Of a stretch of DNA of 64,000 nt, positions 23,579 to 37,392 are shown one piece after another (positions within the stretch are counted from its first letter, which is position 1; each line of letters starts with the position of its first letter). Position numbers and translations under genes: made by a program. This DNA is from Lepidodermella squamata (taxonomy: Eukaryota > Animalia > Gastrotricha), in NCBI GenBank assembly GCA_047495785.1, contig JBLDXI010000033.1, positions 744,001 through 808,000 on the forward strand. The letters run 5' to 3'. Under the pieces are notes generated by a model, which saw nothing but the letters and a program-made list of their open reading frames with translations, had not been told where the DNA came from and made no database searches.

Positions 23579-24892
23579 TTCGTCGATGAAGATTCGAGCA
23601 TGTTTTAGTTAGATGCGTTGCAGCTTTTAGTTCTCGGAACTGATAACGTGCGTTGAAAAAAAATCCGCAACCCCGCGGCCTATCTGCGAGAAACAAGAAC
23701 CCGGTGGCTGCAATTTGCGTGATTAAATCACCTGTACATTATAATATAATCATTTAGGTGCGAACAGCAGGGTTTTTACGCTAATATTGATTGCGAGATA
23801 CACGGGTGTTTATCGAACTTTGAATGTTTATGCTTCTAAGTAATACGGTAGAATTCGTAATTCGATCAGTTAAAACTGTCTTTTGTGCAGGCAGCGATCT
23901 TTAAATTGATTGCTTTATAGCTATGTAAGAAATCATTACATTCCTATATTGAACTAGTAACATCAAAATGTGTAGGAGGGATCTATATCGCTCCAGATTA
24001 TTTTTTGAATTTAAAATCGAGGTTCACTGGGTAGAAGAAACGGGGTCTCCTAATCGCACTTTTGCATAGCAATAGAGGAGGAGTTGTCGCAGTTTCCGCC
24101 GCTCATTCTTAAGGACAAATTAGTTCTTTGACTGCCGCTTCCACTTCGCGTAATGCAGACAAGTATCGGCAAACAATTCTTTGATTTATCTTTGCAGATT
24201 CTCGGAAGCAAACAGTGCAGTTAGGCAATTATAAGAAGAATCAATAATTTGGAACAGATTGAACATATCGAATTGTTCAGCCACTTTAAAAGTCTGTTCA
24301 ACTGCGCTTCCGCCATTTAAATCGAGGTAAATGGTATAAATGTCTCGAAAATACACAATTTTTCTCAGTCTATCAAGGCAATCGATGTACTTTATTTTTG
24401 GCTTTGTTACAATTGATGATCGCTGACTTTTGAAATAAAATTCGACTAAAACTAAATATTGCCTGCTTTCATATTTAAATTTGAGGCTTCAATCCTATAG
24501 ATTTGTCCAAACTTGGAATCTGATTTTTCAAGTGCGATCTTTTTGCGAGTCGAACTTCAGCCTGCAGGACCAATTGATTTCAAGTATCGATCTTACAAAT
24601 CAGTGATTTTTCCGATATCGGCAGCTATGGAAGCCAATATTAACAGTTATCATACTAAGCCGATGGTACCCGATAGCTTATATAATAAGTCCTAGAGGAA
24701 TGGTGGCATCAAGAGAAAACCAGCAAAAATACTTAGCCTTTATAATTCTGGAACCTCACTTTCAGTGGTGCAAATACCTTCCCTTCAATACCGAATTATT
24801 TTTCGATTGGGATTTCCAAAAAAATTGCTCGCGTGGCCAATATCAATGCAAGAAAATAGGGCTAAAATTCATAGTCTAGCGATGCCCTTTAA

Positions 24893-25395
24893 CACGTTAA
24901 CTGTCAAAAATAGACTGCGAGGTCCGATATTTGGGTCTAATTCCTAGGTCTGTCAAAAAGTCATTTTTTTCGGGTCAACGATGCGTCGAGGGGCAAAATG
25001 CCTGACGGCAAAGAGTAGGCCATGACCTGGCGGTTCTTTTGACACCGAATTCGGGGCCACAAGGTCTGAGCAGGTCATTGAAAATGACAGTGAAATAACG
25101 TCGAAATTTTGGATTAGAGCCTAAAATCAGACCCAAGAATTTGACGTAATTATTAGACCCAGATCATGGCGCAACAATCGAATTTCACTGTTTTTCAAGT
25201 TTGATTTCTGTGCGTTCCTTGATGTCTTTGGCCCCGAATTCGGTGTCAAAAGAACCGCCAGGTCATGCCCTACTCTTTGCCGTCAGGCATTTCGCCCCTC
25301 GACGCATCCTTGACCCGAAAAAAATGACTTTTTGACAGACCTAGGAATTAGACCCAAATATCGGACCTCGCAGTCTATTTTTGGCAGTTAAAGTG
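24893..25395. mobile_element. piggyBac-like MITE
   Basis: About 170-bp near-perfect TIRs (CACGTTAACTGTCAAAAATAGAC... / ...GTCTATTTTTGGCAGTTAAAGTG) flanked by TTAA on both sides. Confidence 0.9.
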
Positions 25396-25419
25396 TTAAT
25401 TAGGTATTTACAGTACATA

Positions 25420-25793
25420 CAGCGTGTTTCAGAAGTTGCGCAACTATTTTTTAATTTGTCATTTTTGGTAGGGAATTCAACTCATTTTTTTAAATTAAAC
25501 CTACCGAGAGAATATTCCATCTTTTATGCGCGATTTAACAGAATAAATGAAAAATTCACCGGAGAAAACCCGCAAAACCCCGATGCGTTCGGTAATTGGT
25601 TCGGTAATTTTCGGTATTTTACCCAGTTGGACAGAATTCCTCCAGACTTTTTAATCCCATTTACAAGCAACATGCCCGATTACTATTCTAGTGATTTTTT
25701 TAAATTTTCCTAAAAATTTTCGGGCCATGAGATGTGACTTCTGAATCATTTTTCGCGCATCTTCTTTGCTTGCGTTACTTATTGGACACGCTG
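25420..25793 (+). mobile_element. Tc1/mariner-like MITE
   Basis: TA|CAGCGTGT...ACACGCTG|TA. Related copies at about 19924 and about 43030. Confidence 0.75.
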
Positions 25794-26157
25794 TAATTAT
25801 AATCCCAGGTGAGAGCATTTTTGAAGAGGAAACTTCAGATAAATTACCTAACTGTGGCAGCAATCGAAAAGAGTCGAAAGTGCTTGATTTATGACTTATT
25901 GCTCTGCGTCGAGAAATCGCGTCGCCGTTCAACTAAATAGATTGTCTGTAAATAGATCAGTCTCACAGCCGGAGTGACGATGTGGTATGGAAGCCAAAAA
26001 ATCCAGAACTCCTGAAAGATTAGCGTAGGATTGAACTAATGTTAGCTTATAGCGAGTCTTACCGAGGTGAGCGCGTGTTTATTCAGGCAGCTAAAAATCC
26101 TGTCGTGTTAAACGACGCTGAATATTAACCATTTACCGCGGTAATACATTTTCCAAA

Positions 26158-28178
26158 ATGATTAAAAAAACACTCGAATTATTACTGATTTGCTTGGCTG
26201 GGCACGTTATACAGGCAGCAATAAACGAAACAGACAATCAAGATGATGATGATCAAACCAGCGACGATCCGATCATGCCCGTGGATCCTTATGCCTCAAT
26301 TTATGACTACCTGGTAAACAGCAGCAATTACCTTGATCAATTTTATAAGGGCTATACGCCACTGAAAAACGGCGAGGACATAGAAGATTGGTTACTAGCC
26401 ACCCATGATGAGGATACCGACTGGAACGATTTGAGTCCTGAACGCCAGGCGGCTCTCAAATATTTGAACGAAACTAATAGCTGCGCTGTTCAGTTTATGA
26501 GGAGCATCTCAGCCGAATCATTCGTCTACACAAGACTGCCGAAACTTCCAACAAGTGTCAGCACTCAAGTCATCTTAACAGTAAAGCTAAATTAAAATAA
26601 TAGATTTTCAATTTTTTTTCAAATTTTTCAGAATTTAAACGACGTTTCAGATCGCGACCAAACAGTAACAATCACCGCTGTTTTGGAATTCAGGTTTTTA
26701 TCTTAATATTTTTTGACTGCTCGGTATTTGTATGATACGTTTATGCCTCAGTTGGTTAGATGTTCGGCTAGCAACTTTGCACGATGATATTTGCTTTTAC
26801 AAAATAATTGTGCTCGACAATATTCGCCTAATTTGGTTCCCGCAGTTCATTATCGAAAACTCGGTCGAACGCATTTTATACAAAGAAGCTTGGGAAGACT
26901 TTCCAGCGAAAATAACGAACGGCGTTGTTACCTGGAGGAGCAGCTTCCGACTCACTTTGAAGTGAGATTTCATCAATATTTTACAATTTTTCACTCATTT
27001 TTTTAATTAAAGTTGCGATATGAATCACCGAGCCTTTCCGTTAGTTTTGATCAAAATTGTTGCTCATTTGGAATTCGAAAATTTTGAAATTTACAGATAC
27101 GATACCCAGCATTGTTCGATTATCATCAAATCGACCGGCCTTCGACTTTTCCAACTGCGCTATTTTGTGCCCAGCGAGTCAACGGGAATGGTTGAAAATT
27201 ATTAAGGGAGATTTTTTGTATTTTTTATTTCATGTCTCAGATTTTATGGGACGAAAGCGCTAATAACAATCCAATCTGGAATCTGAACGGTCAATTCGCC
27301 AAGCCGACTGAGTGGAATGACGCTTACCAAACTTCAGGGGTGAAGATTTGGTTCAGAATCGAGCGGAAGCCAGGCTTCTACATCTGGACAATGATTATGC
27401 CGACAGTTTTAATCAGCATTGCCACAGTAAGAACAGTTTCTAAGATTTAAAGGTATTGCAAATGTTGGTATGGAAATTTAGGTCTTGGCGTTTATTCAAA
27501 GCCACGATGACTCATCGAAAATCGGATCAATCCTAACTAGCCTTCTGGCTTATTTCCTGGGTAAACTAGAAAAATCATCTTTCGTCTATCAGATATAATT
27601 TTTTTTCTAATTTCAGTCCTCCTTACAATGACTAGTCTCACCCCTCAGGTTTTTTCTTCAGCTTTTTGCCGTTGAGTCTTGAATGTGGCTGTTTTAGACT
27701 TCTGATACGATTCCAGTTCTGACATTGTTTTTCGTGGCTGTGATAGCGATTGGATTGGTGATTATTTTTAGAAATTCATTACAACAAAATGGCTAATATT
27801 CCGTCCTATCCTAGGTTGGAGCATTTATGTGTGTCCTTATCGTTAGGCTGTCCTCTTACGAAAACCACATTGCTCACCTTCGATCGAAAGGAAAAAAGGT
27901 CCAAAATGTATTCCGCAAGTGGTTCCCCTGCTGCACGGCGTCGAATCTCAACAATGCCGCCTTAATTATGTAAAAAAAAAGAATTTATTGATTTTATACT
28001 CCTTTAATTCAATTTTAGATATACGGCCGCATTGGGTGGCAGTTATATTTACTTATTCGCCGCCATTGATAGAAACCAGAAGGCAATAGCTGATCAGGAT
28101 GCCAGGAAATACAACTACACTGCCTTGACGATATTCCGGCCTGATCCTATTACATTTGGAGGCGACGATTATTATTGA
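26158..28178 (+). CDS. Divergent Cys-loop channel subunit (subfamily A outlier, no.5), many small exons
   Basis: Signal peptide, WLDVRL, WFPQF, canonical CDMNHRAFP|YDTQHC, ERKPGFY-M1, tail YNYTALTIF. Confidence 0.88.
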
Positions 28179-29177
28179 CATGATGTCTGCCACAATATTT
28201 GAGCATTGAATCGATATATAATAAAAGGCTTGGTATACTCTCAACTTATTTGAGTATGTGTTTATTACAATTAGTAGGTACTCCCACTCATGGAGATCCA
28301 GTCATTGGAAATTCAATATTTTTAGCTTAAATTATTTAAATAATATTTCGAGGTAAGTTAAAATAATTCCTAATGCCTAGTATGCTCAAATGGTTGTTTT
28401 ATTATTGGTCATTAACCTACTATTCCTCACTAATGCCCTCGAAATTGACAAATGTAGCTGCATTTTGATTTTTGACTGGGACGAAGCTTCAAGGGCTGAC
28501 CAATTTTAAGGCGAAAGCAGAAATAAGGAGGCTCGAAGTCAGCCGTGTCACACCTCAACCCACCTTTAATCCAGCCTTTACGCCTCCTACGATAAGGTGT
28601 GGTCTGCATTTTGAGGGGGCCTCCAGATACGTAATTGTGATTTTATCGCCAAATTGCATGCGCTCCAGTTGTATGCGACCTACGCCGAGGTCATTATTCA
28701 AGATACGGCTATATGCATTTCATAATATCGAATTTACCCAGGCTTTTGAATGGGACAGGGGGTTAGTATTTTAGGCAATGCGGTAAATGGAGCCACTTCT
28801 TTTTTTACATCCTGTAAACACGTAGATTCAATATGTCGTGACAATTTGATAAAATAATAACCCCGTACAGATGTGTCACTCGTGAATCAACGTCACCAGT
28901 GCGATGAATCATGCGCTCTTCGCTTTGCACCTGAGCAATCAATTAGGTATTTGTTGTTTGCAAAGCGCATCTTGCGAATGAGACGGCGTTATCTGAAACC
29001 TCTGATTTTTTCAATAAAATATCTAAGCGGATTTCCGACCTTTTGTCTCCGGCTTTCAAGCAGCACAACAATTAAGAAAAAGAGTAGGATTTGAGTTTCC
29101 TATTACAACAAGCCCACGTTAAACATCCATCTAAGAAGTTTTATTTTGCAAATTTTATCGTTATAATTTTCGCAGCA

Positions 29178-29674
29178 ATGCTAGTGCCATTCAGCATTTT
29201 ACTGAGCCTTTGCCTAATGTTGGCAACAGCCGACCTAACTGCTGACAAAAATCAGAGAACCTTCGAAAGAATGGCTAACCATTTCGGAGTGACAGAGCAA
29301 TCTTTAAATTGTGAGTCAAATTTTTCGAATGACTAATTTTAATTAATTAATTTTATATTTTAGACCAACGAGGCGGAATTTCGATATCGATGATGTTAAA
29401 TAAAATAATCGACACACTTCGAGCTAAGAAGCAGTGCGGCTCGGACGCGGGTTGCCTGTCTAAAACCGACGGAGCGCTGATGATGCTAGTCTACACGTTG
29501 CGGAGTCTTCAACAAAGCCGTGAAATGGACAAATGCCTAGCTGTCTACGGTTCACTGCGCTACTGCTCGATGACGACGAACAGTGACCAGAAACAAAAAC
29601 CCAACTCGGTCAAAATCGGCCAAAATAAGCCAGTTGAAACCATTACTGCTAATGCGTTGGAAATTTTAAATTAA
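29178..29674 (+). CDS. Secreted helical 4-Cys family, short-linker outlier; intron 29311-29363
   Basis: Signal peptide, phase-1 intron, KKQC-x5-C...LQQSREMDKC-x9-C. Confidence 0.75.
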
Positions 29675-29712
29675 GTTGGACGATAAAAAATCAGTTTCAT
29701 TTCATCGTTTTT

Positions 29713-31399
29713 TCAATAAATCTGTATTGGCGTGTAATTAGAGAATAATATCGAGTCTGATTTGATGTTTTCATAGCGAAGATACAGGCAGTGACCTAGT
29801 AGCCATAAATAAGCTAGGGCAAGGAGGAGCGCGTAAATTAGTAGGAACGCGTGATTAAGCCGGTCGGCGGTGACCTTGCCGAACTTGCGTCGAAAAACTG
29901 ACCCAATTCTTCCTAGCTCTGCCATGCCTAGTACATGGCCGTTTCTTTGCTGTAAATTGCCATTACTAGACAGCCGCCGTCGCTCAATACAAGAATATCT
30001 CACAATGCAAGCACACATGACACTTCCTACGATGCCGATCGCTATGACGACTATGAAAAATTGTGTTAAAATCGGAATATTCTCACTCGCCTGAGGTGTT
30101 ATATCAGTGATATTCAACAGCAGTAGAAAATATGCTAAAATTCCGGTCAGGATTGTCTGAACTTTTTCAGCCGAGTGACTTGGCAAGATGAAGGCAAGCA
30201 GCGTCGCAACTGAGATGAGAGAACTTGGAATTATCAGAGTTATCACGTAAAAATTTGGCTGGCGTTCTAATCGGAACCATAACTCGATCCCGGACACGTT
30301 TGATAGCGGAATTTTCGCCATTTGTTGGGTGACAGTCCAGAGAGGATGCGTGACGTTTTCCGTCCAAAGCAGTATGGCTTGATCGGCTCCATAGGCGAAG
30401 TATTGAAGCTCATTGATGAGGTAATGGGGCGAACGGATCATGATGTTGCAATTCTAGAAAATTCGCAACATTTTGAGCTCGAAAATTTATTTTAAATTTA
30501 CCTGAGCATCGAAGGGGAAAGCTTCCATTTTTGAGCTCATGTGACACTGAAAAATCATTCGATAATTTATCGTTCGCTAATTGAGATAAAATTACCGTGA
30601 CAACTATTCTGAAACTTGTAATCCAAGTTACTACGCTTCGATTGTGAATGACTAGCGGAAAATCGTCCCAAGCCTCGTTGAAAAGCGTCCTCTCGGCGCT
30701 GTTTTCGATGATCCACAGTGGGAACCAAAGTTTATCCGAAAATTTTGATATCGAAAACGAGAGATCGCTGCAGTCATCGGGCACCGAATTTAAAAGACGT
30801 CTATCGCGCCAGCTTAAAAAAATGGATTATTCAAAATTTGAATCCTAGAAAATATCTCACCTAAATTCGATCAAAGTCGTTAAAGTAACTGTTTGGTCTT
30901 TTTCGCTGACTTCAAAAATTAAGGATTTATTTCTGAATTTTAATGGATGTCAAGACAGACCTGAGTACAGATTTGTTATAATGACCATGATGCTGATTTT
31001 TACCGGGATATCTGGCGGACTTTTCGAGAGTTTGAATCGATTAATGGCGAGGTACGACGCAAAGGCGAAGTTGCACTGTTCGATGCGGGCTAATTTCGCC
31101 TTTTGAGTGCTCGTCAACTCGGAATGATCGGCGAAGGGCAAGTAGCCATTGTAAAAATCTGCGAAATAATTCGGTGGCGGCGGACCCGGGTCGTCTAGCT
31201 TGATCACCTCAGGCTTAACTTCTTCAGTAATAGTTTCCTCTGAAGCTGATTTGTCCGGGGGTAGGGAAGATGTGTCGATATGCACGGCCTGAACCTGACT
31301 GTCATCGATTTTCACCTCGTTTATCACATAGGTTTTCTCCTCTTCGTCATTTGCTGATGCCAGCGATGAAATGGTGAGAATTATGCAAAGCAAAATCAT
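29713..31399 (-). CDS. Divergent Cys-loop channel subunit (subfamily A, no.6)
   Basis: CHMSSKMEAFPFDAQ|NC, SAEK-M2, M1-M4 in one exon, tail NYTPIQIY. Confidence 0.9.
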
Positions 31400-31548
31400 A
31401 GTGAAAAAAGAAGGTTAAAAATGTATATCTTCATTTTTCTATTCTTCATATGCTTTATTTGCAGGTGTCAAAACACTTTAGTTTGTTTTTACAAGCGTTT
31501 CTGTTAATTTATTTTTTCCGTCTCATTTTCCTGTGGGAATATTATGTC

Positions 31549-33635
31549 TCAGAAGATTTCTATAGGCGTGTAGTTGTAAGTGTTTAGATCGGACTCCAAG
31601 CATTGTTGGCGCACAGTCATGAGTTGCCAGGCTAGCCAAAAGTAGGCCCCACTCAACATTGCGACATACCTGAGAAAACAAATCATTAGTTGATTTGAAA
31701 CTTATTAAAATCGATAAAACTGCAAAAATTGGCTATTTGCATAACGCGGCGTATTATTGAGAAATTTAAAATTGTAGATTTTAAATTAAAAATATTTTTA
31801 ATAAATAGCTTTTTATCGATAAAAAGGGTTCAATATTTAGCGAAAATTACATTTTCCTGGTACGAGGCCAAAATCAGACCGGAATCGGATCCACATTTTT
31901 TTTCCAAAAATATTATTTTCTTTAAAAAAAATTTTGAATTTTTTATTTATCAGTATCAGAAAATCCAAATTAATTCTTTGAAAATAACCGATTTTCAAAT
32001 AGTTAGCATTTTGTGACAAATTTAGAAATTTGGTCCGCGAGAATTTCTAATAAAAAACTTTGAAAAATTCCAATTATTTAATTTAAATTTAATAATTTAA
32101 AATGTTTCCAAAGACTATATAGTTTGGGACAAAATAAGTCAATTACGCGACGAGGGCCCGATCGTTGAGCTGTTCGGAAGTTAACGTGAAGAGACGGCGA
32201 ATCGCCAGTCTGATTTTCGGCGCAATCAAGCACTCGCGTCTGATTTTAACCTGGTCACGTGACAACTGACGCAATTCCTGTCTAATTTTTTTCAGGCGCA
32301 CACTGTGCCGCTCGGCATTTGACAGGCGAACAATTAAAGCGCAAAGGATGCTGCCCATAATCCCCAGGGCTATGACAACCACGTAGAACAAGGTCAAAAT
32401 CGGAATGTTTTCGCTAGTTTGCGGTGTCAGCTCCGTGAAACTGAGCATCAATAGAAAATAGGCTAAATTCGCGGTTAAAATCGTCTGAACTTTCTCCGTC
32501 GAATGGTTCGGCAAAATGAAGGCTAAAACGGTTCCGATCGAAATGAGAGACGTCGGTAATATCAATGTCCATATGTAAAACATGGGTCGCCGTTCGAGGC
32601 GAAACCAAATTTCGATTCCTGAAATGTTCGAATGGCAGCGTTTCGCAATTTGTCCAGTTAATTTCCACAGCGGATGAGAGACATTTTCGTGCCATAGCAG
32701 GATAGCCTGCTCCTGGCTGTAGACATAGTATTGAAGCTCCTTGACAAAGTAATGAGGCGATCGAATCATGAGATAGCAATTTTGTGAGTCGAAAGGGAAA
32801 GCTGTCATTGAAGACGCAAAAGGACACTGCATAAAAAATTAATCATTTTCTGGTTTAATCATAGGCTAATTACTCACGTTCACAACTATTCTGAAAGTGG
32901 TGATCCATGATACAACGCTTCGATTGTGGATGACGACTGGAAATACGTCCCACGCCTCGTTTAGGATGGTCCTCTCGGCGCTGTTTTCGATGGTCCACAA
33001 TGGGAACCAAATGTATCGCGAAAATCCTGATATTGTATAAGCCATGGCATCGCAACCCCGTTCATTAGCCTTCAATAGCCGCCGATCCCTCCAACTGAAA
33101 AAATTATAAAAAATAGTAAAAAATATTTAAAAAAAAATCCACCTTAATTCGATGAATGTTGTCAGCGTGATAGTTTGGTCTCGCTCATTGACTGTAATAA
33201 AAAAAATTATTAAAGAAAATTCTGTCTTTAAATTTTTTAACCTGAATAAATATTGGTTACGATGAACATGACCGCGACTTTGACTGGGTAGTCCGGCGGA
33301 GCTTTCGTAAGATTGTACTGATTTTCTTCGAGAAATTTCGCCATCGCAATGTTACATCGTTCGATTTCCGCAACTTTAGCCGCTCTGGCCTCGGAAATGG
33401 GCGATAAATCCGAATGGGGCATATAGCCGTCTTGGAACCACTGGTCGTACAACTCGGTTGTATCCAAGGACAAGGCTTCATCAACTTTACTACTAATCGC
33501 CTCGGTTTGAATTTTTGATAGCGAAACAATTGAAGACGTGTCTAGGTGAACTTTTTGAATTTCAGGCCGACGTGCATGTTCATTTTGGGCTAGCGAATAA
33601 AGGCTGGTTAATTGCAGTAAAATTAAGTTTTTCAT
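31549..33635 (-). CDS. Divergent Cys-loop channel subunit (subfamily A, no.7)
   Basis: CPFASSMTAFPFDSQNC, STEK-M2, tail YNYTPIEIF. Confidence 0.9.
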
Positions 33636-33968
33636 GACTCGAAAAATAAAATTCTGGACATTTCATTCATATTTTTTTCTGGTGCATTATTAGCCGCGCA
33701 AAAATTGACGTTCAATTCCGGGACGCTATTCAATGACGGACGAAATTATTATTATTTTTTTCGTTATTATCAAGAGACCAAAATTTTCGAAAAACTCCGC
33801 GCACTGAAACAAAAAATAAATTTGCGTAAGACTATCTTACTCATTATTAAAAGAAAGGAAACACAAATAATTGAGAGATAATTGTAAATAAATACCAGAT
33901 TGATTGGAATTTTTGCAGGTGTCGCGCGGTTTTTACTTCATAAACACGTTTTTTTTATTCAGGGAAGC

Positions 33969-35252
33969 ATGAGAAATTTCGCTTTTATCGGTGTGGTCTG
34001 CTGTATTATAGCTGGGGTTGAATGCCAGGAGAGTTTCAACCCAGAAGAGAAGCAGTTGAAAGACCTTTTCTTCGGCAAATGCTTGCTCGTCTCTTCGAAC
34101 AACATTCGGCCAGTTCTACAGAACTCGGACGCCGTAGTCGTAAAAGCTCGAGTGGTGCCGTACGAATTCCGCTACATCGAAGACCGCGAGCAAAGCTTTT
34201 CAATGCTGGTCGAGCTCGACTTCACCTGGAACCACCCTTGCGTCCGATGGGGCCAACCTAACACTACGACGTACCGCTTTCGAAATGTCAAACGAATACA
34301 AGACACAGCTGAAAGGTTCTGGCGGGTTCAACTAACCCACATGAACGCCTTGACCGACGCAAACATTCTTAGCTCGTAGGTTTACCAATGAAAATTTGAG
34401 TTGTAGTAGTTTGAAAACCTTTTCCGTTACATTTCGAGTATCGCCAAGCAGAGCTCGATTTTCATGTATCCTAATGGAAATTTTGTTTGGCAAATCGTCA
34501 CAATTCTTTCGTCGCACTGTGAACTTGAGTGAGTGATGAAATTTATTTGCCGATAATTTACTTCCAGTTTCTACAGCGTCCTAAAATTTCCTTTCGATCG
34601 ACAAGTTTGCTCGATGATTTTCGAGTCATTTTTCGAGTCATTCAGCGTATCTCTCGAAATCGACGGAGCGGGCGTTGATATGCTGAAACCTCTCCACGAG
34701 TTCATCAATCCATCAGAAATCTGGGAGCTGGTCGCAACGAACGCTTCGAAATCGAAAGTGGCCTACGCTGGGTGGGAAGGAGACTACGATCGCGTCGTTT
34801 TCTCATTCGTTTTCCATCGAAAATCTCAACTCTACGTGACGTATTTATTCTTACCCTCGATTTGCCTCATGATCCTGCAACTCAGCTCAGGATTTCTGCC
34901 GCCGAAAGTCGCCGAACGGTCGTCCTACAGCATCACAGTCCTACTTGCTTTCGTCATTCTGCAATCAGTGATAAAAGACGCGATACCTCAATCGTCTGAA
35001 ACGCCGTACATCGCGACCTTCATCGGCGGTCAAATCATCATAGGCATGTTCTGCACGGTCTACGCGCTCATATCTTGCGATTTGGGTAGGAGGAATCGAT
35101 ACGGCAAGCGCGTTATACGGTTCAAAATTTTGTTCTCGAACAAAAAACTTAGCTTGACCTACATTCGTTTTATCGACGTGATTTTTTTCGGCTTTTTCAC
35201 CCTAGTTGCTGTAGCTTTCCATATTGCTATTTTTGTTCTAATGATTCAATAG
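33969..35252 (+). CDS. Cys-loop channel subunit, non-alpha type (no.8, separate lineage)
   Basis: Signal peptide, NIRPV, CELD|VLKFPFDRQVC (13 residues), RKSQLY-M1, AER-M2, short M3-M4 loop. Only about two introns. Confidence 0.88.
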
Positions 35253-36857
35253 CCATTTTGCGCTATTGGATTATCCTTGCACATTAAGTTGGGAATTTAA
35301 AAAAATTAAAAGTCAGCCTCAGAAATAGACCCTCGTTGATTTTAAGTGTTGAAATGCATTTTTTCAACTCGAGTTCGATGCGTGGTTGTCTATGAAAAAC
35401 GCACATGATCTGCCTCCTGGTGTGCTACTCACTCAAATTTTACGCTTCAGTGCACATTCCTACGCTGTTCCTGGGAGTGAGATGATAATTTCGTGAGCTA
35501 TTTCGTGAGGTCGTTAACGAGATGAAGGGTCATGCGAATGTCAGAATGATTAAAAATAACACATAAAACTTTACGTTTACGGTACTCATTCGATTCTAGC
35601 AATCAAGCAGCCTTATTTCTTTTTTAAATATCTAAAAGATGAATTTTCTCTTAAAAAAAAATCAATTAAAATTGAAATTTTCCAACTTTAAAATTGAATT
35701 TTGCTCCACTATTTTTTAGGAAGTATGGAAAATTCGCCCCGAATCGCCTATATAAAATAAATATTTGCTTCTCGCTATTTTACGCGCACTAAATAATACG
35801 TGGTGAATATTGAATGTTTGGTGTCGAGTGCGCGCGCTTTCATATCCGCTACGCAAAAAATGTTTCGATCACAACAAAATGTATGATCTCAATAAATTGT
35901 CATTCAAGAACCCCGTAGCCATTCGATGGAGAATTGTTTGCATTTCATTTTAGTATGAAAATTTTTCTTTATATCCGAAACTGGCCATTTGATCTCCATC
36001 TTGCCTAAAAAGCCGAGACAGCATCGCAAAATTATCGCGTTTAATTATATTTTTTCCACCCGGTAAAAAGCGGCACTGGGTCAGGGCGCACCGTCCACAT
36101 TTTGTAAATCAAATAAAATCAAAACATTAAGGTGGGCGCAAAGTAAACAAGGCGCGACACGTGATATACGCACTTACGCGACACTTGACATTTTATGTTG
36201 CGCGACATATCGAAACAATTTGCGCGACGTTTTGGATTTCTCTTAATAAAATGTCACTTATATTTTGCGCTTTTGCAATTGCGCAACCAGGAATAACATA
36301 ATTTATTTTGAAACAATAATGCAAAAAAATGTTCAACTCATAGATTATATTATGTCCCATTTTACCTAGCTGATCTCATAGGTCATTGGAGCAGCTTAAA
36401 TTTTCGAAGAATTTTCAAATTAAATTTAAAAAGACATGAACATGATAATTCTATCCTTGAAATTAATGCAATTTTTTTTAATTCGATCGACACTTAGATT
36501 AATGTCCGCCTGTCGTACGCCTCATTGCGCTTAAACTGGAAACGATAATTCTTGAAATGTGCGTTATTTGAGAACGCAATCCATCTCAAAGGGCTCATTT
36601 TTGAACTCCGCTGGGATGGCTAAAAATAAACTCCAACGCCGGCGTCTTGAGACCACAGATTTGTGTAACCAATAGCCTTTACGACTCCAATTTTTAATTC
36701 TTCAGCTATAAATACAGTCGCCCACGGGCAAAAAAAATAGCGCGCGTGCGAAAATATTTTCGGCCCACGCACCTGCGCGTTGTTTCGCCTCCTTAAACCA
36801 TTAGCAGCCTTAATCACTTTCACTTTTGTAGTAGAATTTTTAAATAACAAAATCGCG

Positions 36858-37383
36858 ATGATTTTAGATTCGAGTAGAACCCTACTTGTTCTCACTACGG
36901 TTATGCTTAATTTCAGTGAAGCTGTTTCATCTCCCCTAGCGGCAAGACATGAAAGACATCACGTGACCTCTCCACCTGTGGTTACATCGCCTCAAGAGGA
37001 ATTCCTCCCTAATTTAACTCGTGAGTTGACAAATAATTAATAAAATAATTAACTGAATTTTTTGCAAATTAGACGAAGCATTAGAGGCAGCGATACAGCG
37101 ATTTTTGAAGCTAACCGTGCAGGATTTAGTTCGATTGAGCCAGGCGCAAGCATGCCAGACCCCAGCTTGTCTCAAAATGACCGAAGTTCTGGAACGGCGG
37201 CTCCAACGATGGCTCAAGTCTCTATACCTCGCGAAATTTCAGCTACGCATTGCTCGGTGTTTAAAAGCTAGAAATTCGTTGGAAAGTTGCCAAACATCCG
37301 TCGGGCAGTTTCATACGCTACATCGACCGATTGGCCAGAGTTTTGTTGCGAATGAAGACGATAATTTACCAGAAATTCTTTAA
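36858..37383 (+). CDS. Secreted helical 4-Cys family, short-linker outlier
   Basis: Signal peptide, phase-1 intron, QAC-x4-C...RIARC-x9-C. Confidence 0.72.
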
Positions 37384-37392
37384 TTGTTTATT

